This document shows, piece by piece, positions 9,598 through 17,857 of a stretch of DNA of 33,414 bases; position 1 is the first letter of the stretch, and each line of letters begins with the position of its first letter. The notes below the pieces were generated by a model. It saw only the letters and a program-made list of their open reading frames with translations. It searched no databases and was not told the origin of the DNA. Source of the stretch: a virus; IMG/VR virus record IMGVR_UViG_3300012931_000017, positions 1 through 33,414 of that record. One strand, 5' to 3'. A program made the position numbers and the translations under genes.

Positions 9598-10152
9598 TTA
9601 TAAAATAGGAAGATTAGAATTAATTAGTTTCCAATAATCAAAATTAAAATTAACGTCATATCTTATAGCTTCATTTCCACTCATATCCAAAGTTACTTCA
9701 TTTATACTTAATGGATATACATTTCTTAATTCTATTATTTTACCAGTAGATTTACCGTTAAACTTTAATAATTTAATTAACATAGTTTTGGCTATAATCT
9801 TTGTGGAACTAAGTGATGCAAAACTACTATTTTGATCAACTCCTACTATTTTTTCCATCCAAGTGTATATCATACTTAATACATCTTGATTTTCAGTTTC
9901 TTCCATTGATAATGTAATATTATTATCAAATAAAGTTCTACTCGGAATTGATTGTTTAAATCCATAAAACCAAGTATCTATAGTTTCTATTACTCTACCT
10001 GGTGTAGTTATAGCCTTTATTCTTAATGATAATTTATCTTGATTTATAATATTAGAAAGAGGGGAAGTAAAATCTAATATATCTACTTCCCACATAAAAT
10101 TTCTAAGTATATCTGGTTGATCTCTTAATCTACCTTCAATAGTATAATTCAT
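9598..10152 (-). CDS. Tail tube protein (gp19-like), paralog 2
   Basis: MNYTIEGRLRD...MEETENQ...KFNGK...VNFNFDYWKLI. It is clearly homologous to ORF 10343..10909 (IEGRL, EETE(D/N)Q, KFNG, FDYW) and to the T4 gp19 C-terminus (LALDYWE). Confidence 0.7.
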   Translation of the reverse strand: MNYTIEGRLRDQPDILRNFMWEVDILDFTSPLSNIINQDKLSLRIKAITTPGRVIETIDTWFYGFKQSIPSRTLFDNNITLSMEETENQDVLSMIYTWMEKIVGVDQNSSFASLSSTKIIAKTMLIKLLKFNGKSTGKIIELRNVYPLSINEVTLDMSGNEAIRYDVNFNFDYWKLINSNLPIL

Positions 10153-10154
10153 TT

Positions 10155-10328
10155 TTACGTAATCGTCGCTGAAGTTGCTATTATTCCAGTTCCATCTCTA
10201 TCTATCTTCTTTACTATAACTTTCAAATTAGTTGAAGCATCTATATAAGATATATATAAATCTCTTCCATTTATAGTTATATCCACAATCGTAACAGCTT
10301 CACCATCTAAAGTACAGGATAAATTCAT
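10155..10328 (-). CDS. Small hypothetical protein (57 aa) between the two tube genes
   Basis: Not in the ORF track. A strong RBS TAAGGAGAACTT precedes the ATG at ~10326-10328. The sequence is MNLSCTLDGEAVTIVDITINGRDLYISYIDASTNLKVIVKKIDRDGTGIIATSATIT*. Its stop lies 2 nt before the tube-2 ATG. Coordinates are ±2. Confidence 0.4.
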   Translation of the reverse strand: MNLSCTLDGEAVTIVDITINGRDLYISYIDASTNLKVIVKKIDRDGTGIIATSATIT

Positions 10329-10342
10329 AAGTTCTCCTTAAA

Positions 10343-10909
10343 TTAAACCTTTACCAAATCCCAATAGTCAAACTGAAAAGCCGCGGATCTCATGACGCTA
10401 GAATTTGAACTCATAGCTAAAGGGCTTTCACCAATCGTAGAAGGCCAAGCATTTACACATCTAATCATATTTTCCATAAGCTCACCATTAAACTTATACA
10501 TTTTAATGAAAATATTAGTAGTCTGACCAGATCTTTTACTTTCAGCTAATGCATGACCAGCATCATTATCCTCAGCTTTAATATTAAAAATCTGATTTTG
10601 CCATTCATATAATGCTTTGGTAATAACTTGATCTTCAGTTTCCTCAAAATCAATACTCAAAACAGATCCTAAATTTAATCGACCAGGATAAAATTGAGTC
10701 ATTCCCATAAAATATGATTCTATTGGCGTATTGGATCTATCTGGAATAGATGCAGTTTTAGCTCTTACTATAAAAGGTTCTTCATCTGATATTGTAGTTA
10801 TTATATTTGAAATTTCAGGAAATGAAACCTCAAACAAAAAATCCCTCTGAATATCTTTATTAGCTTTTAATCTTCCTTCAATAGAAAATTGTGGCATTTT
10901 ATTCTCCAT
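10343..10909 (-). CDS. Tail tube protein (gp19-like), paralog 1
   Basis: ...MPQFSIEGRLKANK...FEETEDQ...KFNGE...AAFQFDYWDLVKV. GGAG sits 8 nt upstream of the second ATG (M5, ~10895-10897). That ATG is the likely true start, consistent with paralog 2 starting MNYTIEGRL. Confidence 0.75.
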   Translation of the reverse strand: MENKMPQFSIEGRLKANKDIQRDFLFEVSFPEISNIITTISDEEPFIVRAKTASIPDRSNTPIESYFMGMTQFYPGRLNLGSVLSIDFEETEDQVITKALYEWQNQIFNIKAEDNDAGHALAESKRSGQTTNIFIKMYKFNGELMENMIRCVNAWPSTIGESPLAMSSNSSVMRSAAFQFDYWDLVKV

Positions 10910-10913
10910 TTTT

Positions 10914-10942
10914 ATAGTGGAAGACTATAAATCTTCCACTAT
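10914..10942. other. Perfect 10-bp palindromic hairpin between the sheath and tube genes
   Basis: atagtggaag - actataaat - cttccactat. On the plus strand it is followed by attttttat, so it is terminator-like for antisense transcription. It lies immediately 5' of the tube gene RBS. Confidence 0.4.
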
Positions 10943-10953
10943 ATTTTTTATAT

Positions 10954-12720
10954 TTAAACTTCCGTTGTAGTAACACCAGTACGAGTCACAATAGTTTTTA
11001 ATGAAATATATTCGATGGTTTTTGTTGGTTGAACAAAAACATTTACATCAAGTTCATTAGCATCAATTACTTGTTGAGTATTATTTTCTTCATCACACTG
11101 AACTGTATAAGCATATAAACCTTCTTGACTCTTAATTGGAGCTAAGAATGAATCTAAATTACTCCAAATTCTAAGTCTAGTCTTTGCTGTATTATTTACA
11201 TCCAATACATAACTCATAAGTGATCTAGCCATAGACTTCCGGATATACACTAATAACATACGTACATTTATTCTATCTAATGCTGAAGCTTTTCTTTGAC
11301 AAGTTTTTTGTCCCCAAAGTACATGACCAATTCCTCTAAAATATCGGGAAGTATTAATATTTCTATCATACAACTGTCCAATCTCAGGTTCAGACCATAC
11401 TTTATTTACTCCAACAATTGGTAATATTCCTCTAGTCATACCTGCGGGAGATTGTCCAATAGTGGCATCAGTCTTTGCAATTACCGCTCCTGCTTGAATT
11501 GATTTTGGTAAATAAACATATTTTGAATTATATTTATCATAAACTTTATCCCAACCAGCATAAGCAAATACATAAGAAGGATCAGTGTATCCACCCTGTT
11601 CGGCAGTCCAAATTTGTTGAACTGTAGTATCGGTAACTGTACCAGATTGAGTAACCATATAACAATCTTTTCTATAACCAACCACATTTTGACAAACTAA
11701 TTGTTTAACATTCATACTATAATCAGGAACTAAAACTATACTTATATCATATTCATCTTTGTTTTTAAAGTAATCCCAAACCGAATAATATGTTCCAATT
11801 CCAGATTTAGCAACCTGATTACCACCAGATAATCTAATTAAGGAGGCATTTTTAACACCAAAATAATCACCAGTACTTAAAAATTGATTAGGATTTGTTG
11901 ATTGAGTTATAGTAGTTGCATTATCATTTACATCTACATAAATTAAACTAGATTTTCCATTAACCACATCTTTGATAAACAATTGATCATTATTTCCATC
12001 AAGTTGTGATCTCAAAGTTCCATAGAATGTTTCTTGAGGATATAAAGATAACGCACTAGTAGAATTACTAGTTTGAGTAAATGATTCCCAAGTTTCAGTT
12101 GTTTCTTTCTTATATACATTGATTTTAAATACACTATTAGCAATAGTCATAGCACTAGTCGGAATTGCACTTGTTGCATATCCTACAGGCAAATCATCAT
12201 AAGAATAGAACCAATCGGATGCAGAAGTTAAAGTCTCAATTGTTACAGCTATATCATTTCCCCAATCACCAGGAGAAACAGCACCAATAATCATTTGAGC
12301 ACCTGACATTGGAGCATTATCAATAGCATAAATTGAATCTATCTGATCAGCTACAGGACCAGCACTAGCTCCTATATTTGCAACTGAATAACCTAAAGCA
12401 TTAGTTCCAATGCCTGTTTTTGCAAAGTAATCTTCTGTTGCAGTAGCGGCACGAATTACGTATAATGAGCTTGATTCTTGTAAAAAAGCCAAAGATGCAT
12501 AAGCACCATATCCATAAACTAATGAAGTTCCAGATATTACTGGTTCTCCAAATTGTTCTATAAAATCTTGATCACTAGTAACTAATACTGGTCTATTAAC
12601 AGGCCCTTTTGGAGAAGTTATTACTATAGCTCCAGTATTAGTTCCAGCTCCAATAGTTAATTCGGATTTATCAATTTCTTGTTCATTAACATTTGGAGTA
12701 TTTGTTTTTCTTCCAGCCAT
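10954..12720 (-). CDS. Tail sheath protein (gp18-like)
   Basis: 588 aa. The C-terminal block ...YAYTVQCDEENNTQQVIDANELDVNVFVQPTKTIEYISLKTIV matches the conserved sheath C-terminus (T4 gp18 ...VVCDESNNTPDVIDRNEL...). AGGAGGG precedes the ATG. A TATAAATA motif lies at ~12774-12781 on the minus strand, 54 nt upstream. Confidence 0.85.
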   Translation of the reverse strand: MAGRKTNTPNVNEQEIDKSELTIGAGTNTGAIVITSPKGPVNRPVLVTSDQDFIEQFGEPVISGTSLVYGYGAYASLAFLQESSSLYVIRAATATEDYFAKTGIGTNALGYSVANIGASAGPVADQIDSIYAIDNAPMSGAQMIIGAVSPGDWGNDIAVTIETLTSASDWFYSYDDLPVGYATSAIPTSAMTIANSVFKINVYKKETTETWESFTQTSNSTSALSLYPQETFYGTLRSQLDGNNDQLFIKDVVNGKSSLIYVDVNDNATTITQSTNPNQFLSTGDYFGVKNASLIRLSGGNQVAKSGIGTYYSVWDYFKNKDEYDISIVLVPDYSMNVKQLVCQNVVGYRKDCYMVTQSGTVTDTTVQQIWTAEQGGYTDPSYVFAYAGWDKVYDKYNSKYVYLPKSIQAGAVIAKTDATIGQSPAGMTRGILPIVGVNKVWSEPEIGQLYDRNINTSRYFRGIGHVLWGQKTCQRKASALDRINVRMLLVYIRKSMARSLMSYVLDVNNTAKTRLRIWSNLDSFLAPIKSQEGLYAYTVQCDEENNTQQVIDANELDVNVFVQPTKTIEYISLKTIVTRTGVTTTEV

Positions 12721-12810
12721 GTTTAGGCCCTCCTGAATTATATAAAATAAAATTATTTCAAACTATCTAATTCTATTTATAATTTTAAAAATCTAAACAT
12801 GGCGAGTCTA

Positions 12811-13908
12811 CTAGTCGTCATCAAAGTTAGGATCATCAGCATCTTGATCAGTAAAAACTATAGGAGCATCTGAGTCCCATCTATCATCTATCTTAAACTT
12901 ATCTTCTATTGACTTAATTCCTACATTCTTTCCATCAAATAGTTCAGTTGTTACAAAATATAAAGCCCATAATAAGCTAGTCACAGAATCATCATGTGCA
13001 TATTCTGGAGATTGATATATATTAGGCTTAATTTCTTCATATAAACTAAGTTCATATATAGTTTGTCTATCAACTAACTTTAACCAATGACTTTCTAAAT
13101 ACCTCTTTAATAATAAATTGGCATTTAGTTTAGTCTTCTTTGTAGCCCTTATACCTAGTCCCTTAGCATCACAATTAATTATAGCATCACATTCATGATC
13201 ATTCCAAATTATATCAGCAACTAGTGACCCTACACCATTATTCTCAATCATCATATTAGCATTATTATAATATTCCGATATAGATACACTAATTTGAGCA
13301 AATTTACTTATTTCTAAAGTATTAGTTCTAAAAACGGCAACCTGTTCAATATCAAGTTCTGAATTTATCTTCAAAATCTGAATAACAGCATAATCATGTC
13401 CAATTCCTTCAGATGAATCTATTCCCATTATATAAAAAGCATTAGGAATCGGATGTTCAAATATTTGAAGTATACCATTCCACTTAGTGTCTATAGGATC
13501 TATAGTTTCTAGTCTCTCCAATACTTCACTATCTATTAATGTATTTGTTGAACCAATAAATTTACAGTTATGATTCAATATATTATTAGCAAAATATCTA
13601 TGAGTGTCTTTTACCTCTAATACATCAAAAACTAATTCCTTTTTTCCAGTTTCTATATTTATTATAGTTTTATAACAGTTCTGGGATTCTAATACTTCTC
13701 CAATATTAAGTTCACAAGCTTCAACTTCTAAATCATCTATTACAAATACATGATGATAAGTTACAGATATGGTTGAATTATCTTCTAAAGTAAATGTTAG
13801 TAAGTCCTGCTCTCCAAGACAAGCTAATCCATCAAAGTCCTTATAGCCTTCATCAGTTTCAATCTGTAGTCCTTCAAATTTTCTGATTTCAATCATATTT
13901 TTATCCAA
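12811..13908 (-). CDS. terL: Terminase large subunit fragment 3: IntC half of split intein 'b' (aa 1-114) fused to the C-terminal nuclease domain extein
   Basis: The N-terminal 114 aa end ...VFDVLEVKDTHRYFANNILNHN|C (intein blocks F/G, terminal HN plus Cys+1). They are paralogous to the IntC half in ORF 16430..17857. The extein ...CKFIGSTNTLIDSEVL...FYIMGIDSSEGIGHDYAVIQIL...YAHDDSVTSLLWALYF is colinear with T4 gp17 ([13 protein letters not shown]...[21 protein letters not shown]...GYHDDLVMSLVIFGW). The track start is TTG. The ATG at M5 (MIEIRKF..., 13894-13896) is more likely. Confidence 0.85.
   Translation of the reverse strand: MDKNMIEIRKFEGLQIETDEGYKDFDGLACLGEQDLLTFTLEDNSTISVTYHHVFVIDDLEVEACELNIGEVLESQNCYKTIINIETGKKELVFDVLEVKDTHRYFANNILNHNCKFIGSTNTLIDSEVLERLETIDPIDTKWNGILQIFEHPIPNAFYIMGIDSSEGIGHDYAVIQILKINSELDIEQVAVFRTNTLEISKFAQISVSISEYYNNANMMIENNGVGSLVADIIWNDHECDAIINCDAKGLGIRATKKTKLNANLLLKRYLESHWLKLVDRQTIYELSLYEEIKPNIYQSPEYAHDDSVTSLLWALYFVTTELFDGKNVGIKSIEDKFKIDDRWDSDAPIVFTDQDADDPNFDDD
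13567..13908 (-). mobile_element. Split intein b, C-terminal half (IntC-b, ~110-114 aa)
   Basis: Residues 1-114 of ORF 12811..13908. The TxxH-like block is STISVTYHHVFVIDD. Block F/G is VFDVLEVKDTHRYFANNILNHN, followed by Cys+1. Confidence 0.8.
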
Positions 13909-14070
13909 ATAAAATCATAAACTTCTCTATCATCAACTGTAGTATGAGCTATTTCATCCTTAGTTTTAATTTATAAAGGTCTATCTTGTCCAAAATATAA
14001 TAAACACTTAAATGCCTTTGTTTAATAAATAACCAAATAAATCCTAACAACCATTCGATAGTAAATTTCA

Positions 14071-14433
14071 TTAGTCTATTTTTTCCTTTTCTATAGTTCC
14101 ATCTTTCTTAACCTCTATATTTAAAAACTCATGATTCTTCTTTAATCTATTTTGTATTTCTTCTTTAGCATCATCAGGAAGTTCCTTCTCATATTTAGCC
14201 TGACAATCATTTACTCCACGTCCACATATCTTGGCTATCTGCTTATCTAACCATTTTACAAAAAATTTCTTCGTAATAGGGTTCCAATACCATGTAGTCT
14301 TCCTATTGTTAGCCCAGTGTATAAATCCCCTATAAATAATAGGAATTATTATCACTAACATCCCATAAAAAGCTTTCGCCCATTCTGAATTAACATACAA
14401 ACCAAAAAAATTAACTATTTCCGTTGAGTCCAT
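14071..14433 (-). CDS. Small membrane protein (one predicted TM helix), unknown function
   Basis: 120 aa. The hydrophobic stretch is AKAFYGMLVIIIPIIY. GAGGA sits 6 nt upstream of the ATG. It lies between the two halves of split intein b. Confidence 0.5.
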   Translation of the reverse strand: MDSTEIVNFFGLYVNSEWAKAFYGMLVIIIPIIYRGFIHWANNRKTTWYWNPITKKFFVKWLDKQIAKICGRGVNDCQAKYEKELPDDAKEEIQNRLKKNHEFLNIEVKKDGTIEKEKID

Positions 14434-14440
14434 ATAATCC

Positions 14441-15007
14441 TCACTTAAATTTAATTATCTCCCGTGAACCATCTTTTGAACTAAATTCGCAAGTCCTTAC
14501 TTCCATCTCCTTACCTTCAAAATATGATGAATCAAATGAAAGGTTTTCTTTTATTCCCTTCTTTATATATGCTATCGTACAATGAGCTATATACTTTGGA
14601 AAATGATTCTCAAAATCTATCCTACGCTTCAATAATGAGTTCAATTCCCGTAACCTTTCAGATTCAATCTCTATCTTCATTACATCACAGTTATCATTCT
14701 CAAAAAAAGAAATCTTCCCGAATCTAACTTTGAAAGGTTCTATTTTTGAAATTATTGGCCTAATCTCCTTGGCTTCTGATGATATTATTCCATATAATAT
14801 AGTGCAGTGAGGATCTAAATCCCTTCCACAATCATCATTTTCTCCCATATATAAGTAGTCATATATTATATGGGAATATCCAAAATCTATTATCTCTTTA
14901 CTTAGTTTATCATCAATGTTAAATTGCAATGATGAATAATTATGACTAATCTCAGTTCTATCCATGATAAATCCTTTCCAAAATCGTTGTTTGAAAATAT
15001 TTATCAT
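14441..15007 (-). CDS. 2H phosphoesterase superfamily protein (LigT / cyclic-nucleotide phosphodiesterase-like; two HxT motifs)
   Basis: Two H-x-T-x motifs are spaced ~75 aa apart: DPHCTILYG and IAHCTIAYI. This is the hallmark of the 2H family. The likely true start is M15 (MDRTEI..., ~14965), which has AAAGGA 9 nt upstream. Confidence 0.6.
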   Translation of the reverse strand: MINIFKQRFWKGFIMDRTEISHNYSSLQFNIDDKLSKEIIDFGYSHIIYDYLYMGENDDCGRDLDPHCTILYGIISSEAKEIRPIISKIEPFKVRFGKISFFENDNCDVMKIEIESERLRELNSLLKRRIDFENHFPKYIAHCTIAYIKKGIKENLSFDSSYFEGKEMEVRTCEFSSKDGSREIIKFK

Positions 15008-15017
15008 TTTAAAACTT

Positions 15018-15218
15018 TTAGTTCTCTACATTATTACATCTATTGCAAATTCCGATAATCTCTTTCTTTGGTTGTTTACATCTACACGTTTCCGTTGAAC
15101 CGCATCTCTTACATTTTAACTTTAAATGATGGTTGGGTTCTGGATACTCCTTCCTTATTTCATCAAAACTCTTATTATTTTCTTCATTATATATTAAATA
15201 ATCTCTAAATTTCATCAT
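15018..15218 (-). CDS. Small zinc-ribbon protein (CxxC-x5-CxC-x10-CxxC)
   Basis: 66 aa: ...CKRCGSTETCRCKQPKKEIIGICNRCNN. GAGAGG sits 5 nt upstream. It overlaps the 3' end of the HNH gene by 14 nt. Confidence 0.45.
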   Translation of the reverse strand: MMKFRDYLIYNEENNKSFDEIRKEYPEPNHHLKLKCKRCGSTETCRCKQPKKEIIGICNRCNNVEN

Positions 15219-16320
15219 GCAACCTCTCTTTTAATAATTTTATAAAATCCTCAGAATTAAGTTTACCTTTTGCACTATTAGTTTGCCTTCCGCAAATAAC
15301 TAAATTATCTATTCCACCAATTATTTTAAAATCTACATTATTTTTAAATCCATAACTTATACTTATTTTGTGATCTATAGTTGGTTGAAATAAATTGTTA
15401 CTTAAATTTATATCAGGATTTATTTTTCTAAATTCTTCATTTAATATCAATTTATCTCTGGTATAATAGTCTAAACCATCCCAGTTCTCAAATAATATTT
15501 TAATATGTTTTCTAGTTTCATTCCAAACTGTAGTATAATAATAATGAATTTCATCTAAATTATCATAAACATACCAATTTTTATTATTAATATTAGTTTC
15601 TCTAACCTTTTCTCTCACCCAGTCTAGTTGCATAACATTATCAACCGAATACCTATTTCTACACGTTATCCTTATAGATTCTGCTATCTTCTCACAAACC
15701 CAATCTAATTTCATATTATGGTCAACGCCATATCTATCAATCAATGTATTAGTTCTATGGTCATTAACTAATCTAATATTCTCTTCAGTCCAGAAAGCCT
15801 TTCTCTTTTCATTTATCTCTTCCTTATTTTCTTCTAAAGCTTTTTCCCTCGCATCCTTAACATGAGGTAATTGCAAAGTTTCCTCTATTCCATACTTTTT
15901 AAAATTAGCTTCCCTTATCCTCTTCTTTCCTATCTCACAACCAGAAAAACTCTTAGTTCCATATTTTAATAAATTAGTTTTTTGAGTCTTCTCTATTACA
16001 GCTCTTTTACTTTCTTCATTTGAAAATAGTTTCTTCTTTATATCACTTAATTTCTTTCTTGATTCCTCTGTTGCCTTTGTACATTTACAACTACAATAAG
16101 GTCTATAACCAACTAAAAATCCTACAAATTTAGTTTCTTTTCCACAAGCTAAACATTTTCCTTCATTCTCTTTTTTATAAAATTTATCATAATATTGCTT
16201 CTCAGTTATATCACCATGATAAACTTTTAAATGACATCTGTAAAAATCACACCACCTATAAAATGTAGTCTCTTTACCACAAATTGAACAAACAAACTTA
16301 ACATTTCTGTCAAATTTCAT
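15205..16320 (-). CDS. Freestanding HNH homing endonuclease with N-terminal Cys-rich DNA-binding module and repeated DNA-binding motifs
   Basis: The C-terminal HNH motif is PTIDHKISISYGFKNN...DNLVICGRQTNSAKGKL. The N-terminal VCSICGKETTFYRWCDFYRCH...EGKCLACGKETKF module is homologous to the N-terminus of ORF 24255..24770. An internal repeat is KLDWVCEKIAESI / QLDWVREKVRETN. AAGGAG precedes the ATG. Confidence 0.75.
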   Translation of the reverse strand: MKFDRNVKFVCSICGKETTFYRWCDFYRCHLKVYHGDITEKQYYDKFYKKENEGKCLACGKETKFVGFLVGYRPYCSCKCTKATEESRKKLSDIKKKLFSNEESKRAVIEKTQKTNLLKYGTKSFSGCEIGKKRIREANFKKYGIEETLQLPHVKDAREKALEENKEEINEKRKAFWTEENIRLVNDHRTNTLIDRYGVDHNMKLDWVCEKIAESIRITCRNRYSVDNVMQLDWVREKVRETNINNKNWYVYDNLDEIHYYYTTVWNETRKHIKILFENWDGLDYYTRDKLILNEEFRKINPDINLSNNLFQPTIDHKISISYGFKNNVDFKIIGGIDNLVICGRQTNSAKGKLNSEDFIKLLKERLHDEI

Positions 16321-16429
16321 ACCTTTACTCCTTTTTTATTTTTATAAATATTGTTATAGAGGTTCTGGAAATTTACTCGCCAGATAGTTTAGATTTACGC
16401 TAATAAATCTAAACTTACCTCACTTTTTA

Positions 16430-17857
16430 TTAATTATTCCAATTCCATAATTCACCGAATGTCAACGTTTTCTTTTCTCCATTCTTATTTATATTTATAC
16501 GAGAAGTTTTTTCAGAACATGCGTATTCCTGATTAAAAAATACAACCCCTCTATCTCTTATTAGATTTTTCTTAAAATTTTCGTCACGATCAGGATGTTC
16601 CCACCAATTTACTTTAACTGGGAAGAATGTATTTTTACCTTTAACTGCATCAATCCAGATATTATAATAATGATTCATACCATTAGGAGTAGAGACTATA
16701 ATAATTTTAGTAGTTTTACCAGAAGAGATAGTAGGCCAAACTGAATCCATAAATTCAGAGGCTATATTAGAAGCTACAAAAGCGAACTCATCTAAAAATA
16801 GACAATTAGAAACTAGTAAACCATTAGCATAAAATCTATTACCATTAGCTACATTAAGTAAATCGTATACATAAGGACTTATGCTTAGATTTTCTGTAGC
16901 GGTAACAGTTTCAAAACCATCTTTAGATTTAATAGAATCACCAACTTTATAAAAATGTCCAAATTGTTTTTCATTATCATTAAAAAACACTTCATGCCTT
17001 CTAGTTAATTCAAGGAATGAATTGTCTGTTGTGATTTTTAGAATATTATTATTTCGTACTTTCTGTTCAGATAGACCATAAAAATTTTGAAATCCATTAG
17101 GAGTTAAGACATCATATTTGGTATTAAGGAATATATTAAACTTCTTTCTTATTTTATCATTAAATAAAAGTCTTAGTTCTTTGATAGTAACATCGGATAC
17201 TTCTTTGGTTAATTTATCTCTAATGGTTACTTTATTATTTTCCGTTAGGCAGTTTATAGAATAACCTCTAATAGCAGAACTAGCTGTTGATGCTGATAAT
17301 ATTCTAGTTCCATTACCTAAAGTTATAGAAGCTTTATTCCACCCACCTTCAACTATACCTGGTTGTAACCAATAAGGTAAATTCTCATAAACCATTTTTA
17401 TTCTATTCATAATTTCAATAGCAGTTTTCTCTTTATTAGCTAAAACAGCTACTGTTTTATGTTCATTAAATATTGCGTAGTGAGTTAAATAAACTGAAGA
17501 AACTGTAGTATTATGTGAGAGTATTCCTGAAGTGTAATATGTATGGTTTTCTGAACCAACCGATAAATCATACATACTTTCTTTATAACCAAGATTCCTT
17601 ACCGATTTAACAGATTCTAATCCAGTCTTGGTTATTATCCTTTGCCCAATTTTCAAATCCTTCGTAAAGACTTCATTGTAAAATTCATCCATTACAATGT
17701 GATCATCGGCACATTGTAATGTATAATTGTCAGTTGATAGTTCCCATACTTCAAATTCTATAGTTTTATTGGTATGAGTTATATCTTCCCATCCAGTATC
17801 AGTCTCTACTTCCCAGTCATCAACTTCAAACGTTTCAATAAACTTATCTGCTATCAT
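16430..17857 (-). CDS. terL: Terminase large subunit fragment 2: IntC-a (aa 1-116), ATPase-domain extein, contiguous mini-intein (aa 203-351), extein with Walker B, then IntN-b (aa 447-475)
   Basis: The extein TTVSSVYLTHYAIFNEHKTVAVLANKEKTAIE...LQPGIVEGGWNKASITLGNG...STASSAIRGYSIN is colinear with T4 gp17 [29 protein letters not shown]...LQPGIVEWNKGSIELDNG...ASSPDAVRGNSFA. The following extein CLFLDEFAFVASN...SSGKTTKIIIVSTPNGMNHYYNIWIDAVKGK matches MIYIDECAFIPNF...SSGRRSKIIITTTPNGLNHFYDIWTAAVEGK. The segments between are intein-like (see intein features). Confidence 0.9.
   Translation of the reverse strand: MIADKFIETFEVDDWEVETDTGWEDITHTNKTIEFEVWELSTDNYTLQCADDHIVMDEFYNEVFTKDLKIGQRIITKTGLESVKSVRNLGYKESMYDLSVGSENHTYYTSGILSHNTTVSSVYLTHYAIFNEHKTVAVLANKEKTAIEIMNRIKMVYENLPYWLQPGIVEGGWNKASITLGNGTRILSASTASSAIRGYSINCLTENNKVTIRDKLTKEVSDVTIKELRLLFNDKIRKKFNIFLNTKYDVLTPNGFQNFYGLSEQKVRNNNILKITTDNSFLELTRRHEVFFNDNEKQFGHFYKVGDSIKSKDGFETVTATENLSISPYVYDLLNVANGNRFYANGLLVSNCLFLDEFAFVASNIASEFMDSVWPTISSGKTTKIIIVSTPNGMNHYYNIWIDAVKGKNTFFPVKVNWWEHPDRDENFKKNLIRDRGVVFFNQEYACSEKTSRININKNGEKKTLTFGELWNWNN
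16433..16519 (-). mobile_element. Split intein b, N-terminal half (IntN-b, 29 aa) ending at the ORF stop
   Basis: ...FNQEYA|CSEKTSRININKNGEKKTLTFGELWNWNN*. The extein FNQEYA plus CKFIGSTNTLIDSEVL (from ORF 12811..13908) aligns without a gap to T4 [22 protein letters not shown]. IntN-b is similar to IntN-a (KIRIRNKNTGKIVELSIGQF vs RININKNGEKKTLTFGELW). The Cys codon aca is at 16517-16519. Confidence 0.75.
16805..17251 (-). mobile_element. Contiguous 149-aa mini-intein (no endonuclease domain) inserted just upstream of the terminase Walker B
   Basis: It interrupts RGYSIN|...|CLFLDEFAF (T4: RGNSFAMIYIDECAF). It starts with Cys (CLTENNKVTIRD...; the tgc codon is at 17249-17251). It contains the T-x-x-H block ELTRRHEVF. 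It ends ...NRFYANGLLVSN followed by Cys+1. The penultimate residue is Ser rather than His. Confidence 0.75.
17510..17857 (-). mobile_element. Split intein a, C-terminal half (IntC-a, 116 aa)
   Basis: MIADKFIETFEVDDWEVETDTGWEDITH...YTLQCADDHIVMDE...MYDLSVGSENHTYYTSGILSHN|T. Block F/G is (D-L-x-V...H-x-Y...GIL-x-HN), followed by Thr+1. That Thr restores the P-loop GK-T. The Asn116 codon is att at 17510-17512, and the Thr codon agt is at 17507-17509. Confidence 0.85.

Noticed and set aside
16387-16414. 10-bp inverted repeat (gtttagattt / aaatctaaac) downstream of terminase fragment 2
   Set aside because: It has no T-tract on either side and no obvious link to an RBS. It may be a processing or recognition site, but it is unsupported.
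17680-17712. The internal 'CADDHIVMDE...GILSHN' segment first looked like a separate contiguous intein starting at Cys
   Set aside because: The extein alignment shows the whole N-terminal 116 aa of ORF 16430..17857 is one unit, the C-terminal half of split intein a. The Cys is internal to it and is not an intein N-terminus.
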